DNA from: Lama glama
Lineage: Eukaryota
Assembly: GCA_028534125.1 (NCBI GenBank)
Contig: CM052817.1
Coordinates: 19,842,001-19,906,000, forward strand
DNA: 64,000 nucleotides
Direction: 5' to 3'
Shown piece by piece: positions 1 through 12,879 of the stretch. Numbering within the stretch: the stretch's first letter is position 1; each line of letters opens with the position of its first letter. The position numbers were made by a program, and so were the translations under genes. Below the pieces are notes generated by a model. The model did no database searches. It had not been told where the DNA came from and was given only the letters and a program-made list of their open reading frames with translations.

Positions 1-493
1 AAAAAAAAAAGGAGAAAAAAAGACAGTAAAATGTATAGACACACATGTAAATAATATTAATACAATTTTGAATCTTGAAATTAAAACTTAAATATTATGA
101 AATTTAGACATTGTTTTCAAAAATGTTAAAACAAAATCAATATAATATAAAATATGTGAAATTTTAATAACTGCTTTGCTAAAAATAATAGAGAAAAAAG
201 ATAATTGACAATAGTGTTAATGGGACATGAAATTTTTTACAGTGTGGTATACAGCCGACATCTGTTAGCATAGAAGATTCATTTTCACTTCCTAATGTGC
301 ATCTCCATACTGGCATCTAGAAAGCTAAAAAAAAAAAACAAAAAAAGAAAAATGCATTTCCCAAATATCCTTGAAACTTAAATTCTGGGTTTTAAAAAAA
401 TGAATCAACTTGATGCATTTGTATAAACTTTGCAAAGGGGAAATGAGATAAAAGTCATTTTCTTGCAGTTTTTTCTCTTTTCTGAGAAAAAAA

Positions 494-993
494 NNNNNNN
501 NNNNNNNNNNNNNNNNNNNNNNNNNNNNNNNNNNNNNNNNNNNNNNNNNNNNNNNNNNNNNNNNNNNNNNNNNNNNNNNNNNNNNNNNNNNNNNNNNNNN
601 NNNNNNNNNNNNNNNNNNNNNNNNNNNNNNNNNNNNNNNNNNNNNNNNNNNNNNNNNNNNNNNNNNNNNNNNNNNNNNNNNNNNNNNNNNNNNNNNNNNN
701 NNNNNNNNNNNNNNNNNNNNNNNNNNNNNNNNNNNNNNNNNNNNNNNNNNNNNNNNNNNNNNNNNNNNNNNNNNNNNNNNNNNNNNNNNNNNNNNNNNNN
801 NNNNNNNNNNNNNNNNNNNNNNNNNNNNNNNNNNNNNNNNNNNNNNNNNNNNNNNNNNNNNNNNNNNNNNNNNNNNNNNNNNNNNNNNNNNNNNNNNNNN
901 NNNNNNNNNNNNNNNNNNNNNNNNNNNNNNNNNNNNNNNNNNNNNNNNNNNNNNNNNNNNNNNNNNNNNNNNNNNNNNNNNNNNNNNNNNNNN
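494..993. other. Assembly gap (500 N)
   Basis: Run of N; a fixed 500-N size suggests a scaffolding spacer of unknown true length. Confidence 0.99.
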
Positions 994-3900
994 GAGAGAA
1001 AGTAAATAAAATGAGATCAAAAAATTGAAACAATCAATAGAACTAAGGGCTGGATTTTTGAAATCATTAACAAAATTGATATGCCTTTAATCACACTTAT
1101 GAAGAAAAAGAGTATCCAAATAAACAAAATTAGAAATGAAAGAAGATAAATTACAACCAGTATCACAGAAATACAAGCAATCATACAAGAATACTATGAA
1201 GAGTTATATAAAGAAGTTGGACAACTTAGAAAAAAATAAATTTCTGGAAACATAACAATTTTCCAAGACTGAATCAGGAATAAATAGATATCTGAAGAGA
1301 CCAATTACTTGTATTGAAATTGAATCAGTAGTCAAAAAACTCCTGACAAAGAAAAACTGAGGACTAGACAGCTTCACAGGGGAATTATATCAATCACGTA
1401 AAGATGGGGTTACCCCTATTCTCAAAATATTCCAAAGCAGTGAAGAGGGGGAAACACTTTCAAATTCTTTCTATGAGGCTATCATTATCCTGATACCAAA
1501 ACTAGACAAAGACACTGAGAAAAGGAAAAAGAAAATCACAGGCTAATATCCTTGGTGAATATAGAAGCAAAAATCTTCAACAAAATATTAACAAACTAAA
1601 TTCAACAATATATATTAATGATTGTACACCATGATCAAGTGGGCTATATTCCAGGGATGCAAGGATGGTTCAATATACACAAATCAATTAATATGTTACA
1701 CCATGTTAACAAAAGGAAGGCCAAAAAAAAAATCACATGATCATTTCAGTAGATGCTGAAGAAGCATTTGTCAAAATTCAACATCTATTCATGATAAAAA
1801 CTCATCAAAATTGGTATAGAGGGAACATATCTCAACATAATAAAGGCCATTTATGGCAAACACACAGCTACCATCACACTTATTGGTGATAAATTTAAAG
1901 CATTTCCTCTAAATCAGGAAAGAGGCAAGGAAGCCCACTCCCATCATTATTCCATTTAACACAGCTTTGGAAATTCTAGCCACAGAAATTGTACAAGAAA
2001 AAGAAATAAAGGCATCCAGATTAGAAGGGGGAAGAGTAAAACTGTCACTATTTGCAGATGACATGATAGTTTGTGTGTGTGTGTGTGTGTGTATAATATA
2101 TACTCCACCAGAAAAATACCAGAACTAATAAATAATTAAAGCATATGCTAATAATTAACTATGAGAAAGTGAAAGCAAGAAAACAATCCCACTTACAGTT
2201 GCATCAGAAAGAATAGCTAGGAATAAATTTAACCAAGGAAGTGTAAGACCTATACTCTGAAAACTATAAGACATTGATAAAGGAAATTGAAAGTTATAAA
2301 ATAAATGGAGAGATATCCCATACTCATAGATTGGAGGAATTAATATTGTTAAAATGCTTATACTATCCAAAGCATTACACATATCTATTGCAATCCCTAT
2401 CAAAATGCCCACAGTTTTCACAGAACTAGACTGAATAATCCTAAAATTTGTATGGAACCAAAAAAGTCCTGAATATCCAAGAATTCTTGTGAAAAAAGAA
2501 CAAAGATGGAGGTATCATTCTTCCTTTACTTTAGACTATACTACAAAGATACAGTAATTAAAACAGTATGGTACCCTCACAGAAAAAGACACATAGATCA
2601 ATGGAACTAAATACACAGCCCAAAAATAAACCCACACACCTATGGTCAATTAATCTAAAACAAAGAACACAATTACATACATTGGGGAAAAGAAAAACTC
2701 TTCAATAAGTGGTGGTGGGAATACTGAACAGCTACACATGAAAGAATGAAATTAGAACATTTACTTACACCATGCACAAAAAAGTAACTCAAAATAGATT
2801 AAAGACCTAAATATAAGAACTAGATACCATAAATCCCTTAACAGAGAATATAAGCAGAACACTCTTTGACGTAAGTCTTAGCAATAATTTTTTTGGCTGT
2901 CTCCACAGGCAAATAAAACAAAAGCAAGTACTAACAAACAGAAAGTAATTAAGCTTAAAAGTTTTTGTACATCAAAGGAAACAATCAACAAAATGAAAAG
3001 AAAAGACAACCCATTGAATGGGAGAAAGTATTTCCAAATAATATGTCTGATAAGGGATTAGTATCCAAAATATATAAAGAGCTCATACAAGCAAATATCT
3101 AAAAAAAGCAAACAAACTGATTAAAAAATGAGCAGAAGTATCTTAATAGACATTTTTCCACAGAAGACATACAGATGCCCAAAAGGCACATAAAAAGTTG
3201 CTCAACATCACTAATTATCAGGGAATTTCACATCAAACCCACAATGAAATATCACTTCATGCTTGCCAGAATGACTATCATCACCAAGACAACAAATAAT
3301 AAATGATGGCAAGGATGTGGAGAAAAGGGAACCCTAGTTCACTGTCGGTGGGAGTGTAATCTGGTTCAGCCATTGTGGAAAACTGAATGTCTCCTCAAAA
3401 ATTAAAAACTGCATTGCCATAGGATCCAGCAATTCTACTCCTGGATATTTATCTAAAGAAAACAAAAACACTAATTGGAAAAGGTGTGTGCACCCTGATG
3501 TTCATAGCAGCATTATTTACAATAGGCAAGATATGGAAGCAACCTAAGTGTCCATCAACAGATGAATAAATAAAGAAGATATGACATATGCCATATATAT
3601 ACACAAAATGGAATATTACTCAGCCTTAAAAGAATGAAATTTCGCCATTTGCTACAACATAGATGGATTTGGAGGGTATTATGCTTAGTGAAATAAGTAA
3701 GACAGAGAAAAACACTGTATGTTTTCCCTTATATGTGGAATCTGAAAAATAAAACATATGAATGAATATAATAAACAGAAACGGACTCCTAGATACAGAG
3801 AACAAACTAATGGTTACCGGTTGGTAAAGGGGCAGAGTGAGGGGTGAGACATTGGGAAGAGGATTAAGAGTTACAAACTACTAGGTATAAAACAAAAAAG

Positions 3901-4050
3901 ATACAAGAATGTAATGTTCAGCACAAGGACTATAACTAATATTTTATAATAACTTTAAATGTATTATAAATTATAAAAATATTGAATCCCTATGCTGTTA
4001 AACTAAAACTAACAGAACACTGTAAATTAACTATACTTCAATAAAAAAAA
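994..4050 (+). mobile_element. LINE-1, degenerate: 3' ~3 kb (ORF2 RT and C-terminal region, 3'UTR, polyA); 5' part lost in the gap
   Basis: L1 ORF2 motifs: 'gatcaagtgggctatattccagggatgcaaggatggttcaat' ([14 protein letters not shown]), FADDM at 2051-2065, C-terminal 'gcagcattatttacaata...ggaagcaacctaagtgtccatcaacagatg'; 3'UTR ends in 'caataaaaaaaa' near 4040; many stops and frameshifts. Confidence 0.97.
2072..2091 (+). repeat. (TG)10 microsatellite inside the L1 RT region
   Basis: Direct reading. Confidence 0.95.
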
Positions 4051-6149
4051 TAATGAAACAAAACTTTTGAGCTAAGAAACATATAGATAAATCTCACCCC
4101 GATCACATTGTCTGACTTACCCAAGTAGTAATTAAGTTTTCATTTTTAATATATTATTTTCCATTTTTCTTAAAAACTGATTTGAAAGTAATTTATGATA
4201 TTTGCAACCAGAAGTATTCTACATGTAACTGATGAGAAAGGGAAATAGTGAATGGTCAGACATGAAAAAGTTATACTACTAATATTTTACACAACCTAAA
4301 AAATTTAAACGTTTAATTAATATTATCGACCATATCTAGATTCCATGTCTAGATTTGCCATTAAAGAGCATCCAAATATAAATGTTGTATACCTGTTTTA
4401 GCTTTCTCTACCTCTTTTGAAAAAGTATAATTTTATACAACCTTATGAATCATTCCTCTAGGGACCCAATCATTTAAATTAAAAAGAAATGACCAAAAAG
4501 CCAAAAATATAAATAACTCATGTAGATTAACTAATATTAGAGACACATATAAGGGCTGGCAATCTAAGTGTCTCGAGTATTCATGACAGAAGGAAGAAGC
4601 ACAGAAAGAGAAACTAAGACCTAGTGATAGCTTCCAATTGCCATGAATTATGCTACTTTATTTCTCACACTTGTTTTTTGATAATCCTCACTATACGTCT
4701 CCAAGCAGGTGTGAGGAGTTTCTTTGTTTGCAGATACATTCAACAAATAGATGAGCCCTTGCTTGTGTCAGCTATCTTAAGGATATATAGCTGGGTACAC
4801 AATAGTTATCAATCTCTCTCTTGCCTACTGTATTAAACCTCAGAAGGTTAATTACCTTGTCCTAGAGTGCAGAGTTAGTAATTAAAGGAGCTGAGCTTTA
4901 AAGCTAGATCTCAATGACTCCAAAGCTAAACAACTTTTCACTCCTTCTAGGATACTCAAAGAAAGCCATGAAGAATATTGAGGTTCATTGTACTGCATGT
5001 AGCCCAGAACACAAGAAAACTGATCTTAAGGCTACAAGAACTAAGGCATAAATTTCAAGTATAAACTTCAAAAGCAGAGATATACTATGAGAGTTTAATG
5101 CATACAACTATCAAGAAATGACTCACAATTTTGGCTTCTTTTTTAACCTAATAATTGAAAAGGAGTTCAGGAAAGAATTCTAAATATTATAATTTTTTTT
5201 GTCCACCATATAATTCACTTTTGTAAAGTAGTTGCATATATATTTACATGTGATAATTACAGTTATTCTTTCTTAGGAATAATATGAGTACAGAGCATTA
5301 TAATTAAATTTTATTGGCATTTTTATATAATGAGTTCATTAATACCCCCCCCCCAGTGGCAGATATGCTATTATTAAGTATCTTATCAGAGGCAAATGAC
5401 AATAGCTCAAATGGCTATTGGGATATTAGAGAGAAACAAAAATTTCATGAAGTTTTTAATTTTTGGAGCTTCTAGTTTTGCTTTTGGATATTTGGTAAAG
5501 AGGGGAATATTATAGTGCTGTGTATGAATGTCACTGACTCAGCAATGCCCAGGCAATTAAAATAACTTCTTATATTTGCATTTGCCGTTTAATTACATCT
5601 CAGTCTGGTAAGAGGTTCAAAGCCAAAGCTAAAGGTTATCATCTCCTCCTGAGGTTCCTTAGGAACTTTTTATAAAAACCTCACAAAAAGTAAATAAAAA
5701 TAACTGCTTCCAGTCCTAGAAATAATCCAATATTTTAATTTCAAGGATTTACTTTATTGCATCAGAGCTTATTTTCTTAAATTTCGTGAGCTTAATAGGT
5801 TCTCTAGAAAAGGAGAAAATCAATCAAGGAAATAGAATTTTAGAATTAAGACAATATATTGAACATTTTATTAATACTAAACATGAAGAATCTTAACATT
5901 TATATTTGTAGAATTATAGCTTATGTTAGCAACTGACATTCTATGATACATTTTGAGTAGATTAACAATTAATTCTATAAATCTATTTGCTTATGTAGAA
6001 GGCTGCTCATGAGGGCCACATTTATGTTCACTTCTGTATAACTTACATTTTCTTGCCACTAGAACTCAGCTTGAAACAGATTCTCAGTGAGTTGACACTT
6101 TAATGTGGACTGCCAGTATACGGTGTTTATTAAGTGTCAAGGTGGTCTT

Positions 6150-6285
6150 AGACAAGTGATTTAACTTTTTTAAGCCTTGGACCCTTAAATGGTTATGATA
6201 CTGACCTTAAAGATTTGGTGGAAGAAAAAGTAAGACTGCACCTATTTGACACAGTGCCTGGGCCTAGGAACACTGGATAAGTATA
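6150..6285 (+). mobile_element. MIR-like SINE fragment
   Basis: 'gacaagtgatttaacttttttaagccttgg...acacagtgcctgggcctaggaacactggataagt' resembles the MIR core and 3' end. Confidence 0.55.
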
Positions 6286-6319
6286 TCTTCACACTTACAT
6301 TGAGATAATATATATTCAT

Positions 6320-6615
6320 TATTTTACAGAAGTATAGTTGATGTACAATATTATATGTTACAAGTGTACAATATACATAATCTTAAAGTGAATCCACTAT
6401 ACTGCATCTATAGATATTATAAAATATTGGCTACATTCCATATCATACAATGTATCCTTATAGCATATTTTATACATAATAATTTGTGTCTCTTAGTCCT
6501 CTAACCCTGTATTGCCCCCCAATCACTTCCCTCTCCCCACTGGTAACCACTAGTTTGTTCTCTATTATCTGTGAGTCTGCTTCTTTTCTGTTTTATTTAC
6601 TAGTTTGTTGTATTT
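6320..6615 (-). mobile_element. Short L1 3'-end fragment
   Basis: 'gaagtatagttgatgtacaatattata...ccactggtaaccactagtttgttctctattatctgtgagtctgcttc' is the reverse complement of a 3'UTR like the one at 3780-4050. Confidence 0.88.
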
Positions 6616-8939
6616 ATATTTTCAAATGATGAAATGTTACTGGGCTAAAGTAAGAAAATAACAAGTGTTGCCCTTAAACTTTTGATACTGAATTAACCCA
6701 GACAGCAGAATTATTCTGTATCTTAACTCGATGAAATAAATTATATCTTAGTTCAATAGTAAAAGAAATTCTTATTCACTTCCACCTTGATAGCTTCAAA
6801 TAAATTATATGAAAGTATTCTAGGGCATACAAATGACTGTAAAGTGTGAGAACTTTCATAATTATGAATAAAATTTTAAGTATACGTGAACGAGAACCTG
6901 CAGTTTTTTGACTAACCAGAGGTCAATGAATAACAAATGCCCTAAAAAAAGAACTATACTTTGATTTATTATTTTTTTCTGTTCTAAGAACCATTATTTC
7001 TAGCTGCTTAATGCAGAACAGAGAATAGTGGCTCCTTTGCAGATGACTGGGACAATTTATACATCTGGAAGGTTAATATTGCCATTCTCTTGAAATCTGC
7101 CTCTATGTAGCCCTGAGCATTCTTGTCTACATTTTCTTTACTATTCCTAGATTGCTATTATTTTCTGTGTCAAGGATGTGGAAGTCATAGAATAGTCTTT
7201 TCCTTTTAAAACAAGAAATAATTGCTTTCTTTTCTATTTTAGCCTTCATTCATCATGAGAATAAAGAAAAAAGGCAAAAATAAGGTCACAGATTTTTCAT
7301 TGAAGAACTATCACTATCAATGATTTATATCACAGTGTTATTATTAAAAATATATCAAGTGACTTCTATGAAATAATACAGAATGGCTTAGTCATTTTTG
7401 ATTTCCGGCTACATGAGGGTTATGTTCTTAGGTAGAATAACGGCTAAATAGTGCAGACCACACATACTGATTTCCTGTTTTGGGCAAGCTTCTTTTCAGA
7501 TTCCTCTCAGTCATCATGGCAAGAGAATAAAACACTTTTCATAGAAAATAATGGCAACACTCTTATTAAGACACTGGATGATGATTAATTCCTAGTGTCA
7601 GCTGGTGCTATTTGCACTCTGACTGGGTCACAGATTTTACTGGTTGATAGATACTCTTTTCTAGTTGTTAGCTTGTATCACTCATATCCATTTGGCAAGT
7701 TTTACTATGGATTGTTCTGTATTATAGTTTGGCGTCTTGAATAAATATATTCACAATAATCTCTGATGTAATAAAATGGTCTGTTTTGTTTATCAGATTC
7801 CAGTGAGACTAAATGCCACTCTCAGAGAGATGTGATTTTGAACCGGCAAGACGTGAGAAGTTGGCACTGGGAGTAAGTAGCTTTTATGTCAAAGTTGTCA
7901 AACCAATTTTTTTGCCACTTTTTGGCTGGAATTTTTCTTTATACCAGATGGCTTTGTTTTTTAGATGTTTGTGAAAAGACTAGATATGTACTTCCCCCCT
8001 GAAATTTTCTTTGCACCTTATCCTGTGATGTACCTTGTCCAAGTTTCTAAACAAGTGAGGATAATTAATTTGTTTTTATAAAGAGTTTTTAGTCTACTTT
8101 GCACAAAATTAGATTGAATCATCATGCTACTTCATTTAAGCATAAGTTTACTTTATTTCTGTAGTGGTTTCTGTTGTACAGGTCTATGGAGATGTAAAGA
8201 TGAAATTACGTAGTCCCCATCTACGAAGTATGTACACATAGAAAACAGTAATTATAATGTTATGAGGCACTCTGCATTGGACTTAATACATGTACGGAAG
8301 AGTAGGAAGATATAATTAGATATGGAATGATGAAGCAATGCCTCATCAGAGAGAGTCTGACTTGAGGTTTGAAAGTTGAAGATATTTGACAGTCAGTACT
8401 GTTGAAGGGGTTGGAAGAGAACAAGAGTTAGAAACATATGAAGAAATAAATGAATTCATTAATGAGTTAATAAAGAAGGCTTTCTTCTCTTTTAATATTC
8501 TTAAAATGTGTCTATTAATTATATCTAGGTATAATCAAAATTCACATTTTCATAGGGAAATACAATTATATTTATAAAAATGGCTTCTTTAGAATAGAAA
8601 CATTGGAATTTAACGCTGTTTGGAGCACATTTATAACTGTGACTTCATTAGTAGAAATTTACATACATATGACACATACATCAATTGTTATGATTGGGAG
8701 TAAAAGTATCCACAGCAATCCAGCTATATCTGAGGTTAAGTCAGAATTTGGCCAAAGATACCTTTGTATATATTATTGTTCCATGTGGATCTTTTTATCC
8801 TTTGAGAACAACAAAAATATCAATAAGGCTATAAACACTTGTAATATGAACAGGATATCACATGGTCATTTATAAATACATGTAAGTGAATATAAATTTC
8901 ACTGTTCTGGGTAGAATTCATCCAAGTCTTTTCATTCAG

Positions 8940-9740
8940 GCTATGTTTGATTCAGCTGTTTTAGTGTTCAAATCCAATTCTATAATCCTAGGCTTTGTGA
9001 AATATGTAATGTGGACTGTAATAGCTTTAAAAAAGTGATCACATTATCTAAATATCAGATTTCTAATTTGCTCTAGTTGAAGGGTCATGTTCTAACAACT
9101 TTTCCCATATTTACAACAAATAAATAAAAGAAAGCAGTACAGAACTAGGGATCTGTAGGAATTCCCACCAATTGTTTTTTCACCAATTGTTGACAGAAAT
9201 ACTTATTAAAAAATTAAGAGCCTGTTCACCAGAGCGAACATCCCATGTACTAAATAAAAGTTTTCATATCGAGGTTTTCTTCAGATTTTCCACAGTCTCA
9301 ATTAGCTCCTGATCTAAGACTCTGTCAAGATCACTTTCTCCCTTACTACAAAAAGTTCGAGTTAAATTTTGCTTTACTGACAGATTCCCCAGTGACAGTC
9401 TGGAGAGTTCAGCACAGGGAATATGATGAGGGCAATGTGGTTCATATTTGATTTGAAAGATCTGTGAGACATCAGAAGGCACTTGAAAATGTACATGGAG
9501 AGCTAAAATGTTGATAGAGATAAAGATAATATTTAATAAGACTTTCAATAAATCAAGATCCTATCATTCAGATGGATGAAATATGGTTTCAGGTCAAAAA
9601 ATTGTAAACTAATAATGAGTACATTTTTATAACCTCCCATATCAAACTTCATGGACAACTTTCCCTTCTGTACATCCTCCACTTTATGAAGACTTGCCAT
9701 GTCACACTCATTATCAGTTCTGTGATTTGTTGGTTTTTTA
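8940..9740 (-). mobile_element. Very old non-LTR retrotransposon RT fossil (RTE/L4-like; family uncertain)
   Basis: Decayed RT motifs on the minus strand in canonical order: KGK..K.D (~9660), NYRPIAL-like (9425-9450), GI.QGDP-like (9148-9165), YLDNV (9040-9054, YxDD-like), LNTKT (~8957-8971). Confidence 0.6.
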
Positions 9741-9744
9741 AAGA

Positions 9745-10420
9745 ACATTCTATTATTTCTTATATGTTTATTTATATTTGTATAAAGTCTTATCTTCTTG
9801 TTTTATTCAATGAGTTATATAATACAATGCTAATATTCTTATTTTTGGTATTCAAATTGTCCCAGATGGCCAGTGAAAGCCAATTCAAGCTGGCTCCCAT
9901 GTCCTTGGATATGTCCCCATGATTATTTGAGCACTTTCTTACAGTCTAATTCAACACAATGTTCCAGTTGATGTTCCACAATTACATTGCACTTTCTATG
10001 GGACAACCTTAGAGTGCTGTTTTGTTTGTTTGTTTGTTTTGGAGAATTGTATTTGGAAACCAAGACCAAGGTGATAGCAACACAAATTGATTTATCAGCT
10101 GGGTATTATTCAATTGTATATACATAACATGATTTATCAAACCAGTTACATGTTGATAGACATGTGGAGTGTTATCAGCTTTTTACCACTACAAACTGTT
10201 GTAGGGAATATTCTTGAATATATACATATAATATATATATATTCTTACATACATACATATATATGCTTACATTTGAAAATATATCTGTAGAGCAAATTTC
10301 TAGCAGTGAAATGTTGGATCAGTTTTGTATATTTAAAAATATAGATGTTTCCAAATTGCCCTTTTTGAGAGTATTCAAAAATTGGACTAATTCACACATA
10401 ATCCCATCAATGATGCATTA
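9745..10420 (-). mobile_element. Old L1M (L1ME/L1MC-like) 3' fragments
   Basis: 'caaattgtcccagatggccagtgaaagccaattcaagctggctcccatgtcc' and 'ttgatagacatgtggagtgttatcagcttttt...ttccaaattgccc' resemble antisense old-L1 3' regions. Confidence 0.6.
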
Positions 10421-11521
10421 GAGTGCCTTAACCAGCAGCGTCATGCTCAAATAAAACAGGGAAAACACAGATTACTGAACTTAGAAAGTGTCAGTAAATA
10501 GCATAATGGAAAATAAGAGCAAAATATTCAGAAAATTGGAAATAAAATTAGCTTGTGTGATTAAAATCAAACTAGGTATGATAAACTTCATTTTAAAGGC
10601 AGTCATTTCAATGTTCATTAGTGACTGTAGTTGATTATGATAAAATTTTACTGGCATATATAAGATAAAAATTTAAAGATTATAATTAATATTAAATCAT
10701 TTAATTGTAAAATAATATTCTGTTCTTTGATTTGATTTTCTTCTTGTTTATTTGGTGTTAAAATTGTGATATTAGGTGGCAGTTATTTGCACCTTATATT
10801 TCGATTCTCATCATAGTACCATCTTTTATCCCACATTTGTTTTACATCTTCCATGTCCAAAAAAATTCAAAGATAGAAAAATCACTGTCATGGGATAGAG
10901 AACAAAAAGGATAAAATAAGCCATTTTAGAAGTCTAATCAAGTGAGCAGGTTTTAGTGTCAGGGATCTATAACATAATTTTGTTTAAAAATTATAGAGCA
11001 CAAGTTTCCCAATGTAGCTCTAAAGCCTACTTAATCATACTCGCCTGAGATGCTGCTAAAAAAAGACCCCTGAGAACTTCCTCAGAATTACTGAATCAGC
11101 ATCATAGTGCATGTAGTCTACTACTTCAAAACATGGTCATATGATTCCTATCACACTATAGTATAAAAGCTAGCAATGCAAAATAACATATATGAAGAAG
11201 GAATGATAACAAAGACATCAATGTGAGATTCAAATAACATGATTTGTCAATATCTTCTAGCATCATTGGAAGGTAAGTGTAGAAATGTCCCATATGCGTG
11301 TATATATGTATATATATATAAAACCTTATTTTGGGGCAATAATAAATCATCAAGCTTCTTTAACTTCATACTATATATTCCCGAAACTTTCTAATACTCA
11401 TCTTGCTGAAAGCAACCAATTAATAATTTATTTTCTATTTATTTGATATAGGGAAGAGGATATCCTATATATTAAATTACAAAAGTATGCTACTATAAAA
11501 GTAAGTTCCTTATTCTAGAAG

Positions 11522-11851
11522 AGGGGTTGGCAATCTTTTCCTGTGAAGGGCCAGATAATAAATACTCTAGGAACTGTGGATCATGAGGGCTCTGTCACTA
11601 GTTATTTAATTCCACTCAGAGACTGAAAGTAATCGTATACAATAGGCAAATTAGATTCTATGGCTATGCGGCAATAACATTCTATTTATAAAAAATAAAC
11701 ATAATTTTATTATAAAAAATTATTGACATGAAATAGTACTCCTTTGATTTTTTAAATTATTTCAAAATGTAAAAAAATTTTTTTTTTGTGGGACATACAG
11801 AAACATGCAATAGGACAGGAATGGATCATGGGTAGTAGTTTGCCATTTTAT
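11522..11851 (+). mobile_element. hAT-Charlie MITE, MER58(B)-like
   Basis: Starts 'aggggttggcaatcttttcctgtgaagggccagataataaata' and ends 'gtagtttgccatttt'; degenerate TIRs of the MER58 type. Confidence 0.8.
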
Positions 11852-12249
11852 GTTCAAAACTAATGAATAGTATTTGTTTTTAATATGGTTTCTTTATGGC
11901 TGAATTTTTTAAGAGTCTATTACCAAATGATCAGGGTTTTTTTTTTATAAAAAATAAATGAGTTTTTTGACATAGCAACTTTGAGATAAAGACTATGAAG
12001 CATCAAGACAAACTAAAGCCAAACTGCTTCTGGGTGAGGGAGGGGAAAGTGACTTTGCAAGTTTTCTTTCTCATTCTCATTTCCTCTTAATTCAGCTTCT
12101 TGAATTCAAATAAAAATTAAATATTTCTGAAAGTGTTTTACAGGTATCCATTCATGTTGTCCTGAATAATTAATATGTTAAAAAGTCTTTACTCAAGCTA
12201 GCATTGGAATATCTTAGGCATCATTAGGTGCCTGAAAAAAGAGGACAGT

Positions 12250-12450
12250 CTTGAGGCATTTGGTCCAAGACCTGATCCTAGCTTCAGAGCTCACCAGTTG
12301 TGTGATGTTAGGCAATTAAAAATAAATGATCTAAATCTAATTTTATCATTATAAAATATTGCTAATACTTATAAACAACAATTATATTTCCAAAGATGTT
12401 GTCATCATGAGAACAAGCTCAATAATCTACATGAAAATACTTGTAAGCCA
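12250..12450 (+). mobile_element. MIR fragment
   Basis: 'ggtccaagacctgatcctagcttcagagctcaccagttgtgtgatgttaggcaatt...atgaaaatacttgtaa'. Confidence 0.6.
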
Positions 12451-12879
12451 ATTTTTCGTCTGTATCTCATATTCTAGTTCATGGCCTCATTTTCCACCTA
12501 TTCACTGATTTCAGGCACCTATGAATTGTTATAGATTTCCCCTTTTACTCCTTAATCACCAGTTATCAATTATCAAGTTCTACTGAGTCTACTTCCAACA
12601 TAACTCTCAGTTATACACTAAATTAAGTAATTCATCAAACTCATGCCTCCAAGGAGATAACAGTAAGATGGAAAAGGAAATCAAGTAACTGGGCGATTAA
12701 AATATAGTAATTCTTATATAATGGTTTGTATAGGATTATATGGAAATATTTAGGTAAAACACTCTACATTTTGCTTCAAAGGAGAGAGGGAAAGAGTTGC
12801 AAAATGTTTTAAGTATTAAGTATCCACTAAACTGCATCATAAATAATGCTCAAAACCTCAGTAGAACTACTACAGTGTT

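Noticed and set aside
325..1033. Long ORFs of 168-234 aa in the track (also at 17655-18336 and 33486-34190; shorter ones at 28488-28724)
   Set aside because: They are open only because they read through N gaps (X residues).
2155..2421. 88-aa minus-strand ORF
   Set aside because: Antisense reading of degenerate L1 ORF2.
9264..9748. Two adjacent minus-strand ORFs as a possible gene or processed pseudogene
   Set aside because: No recognisable cellular protein; better explained as frameshifted remnants of a LINE RT.
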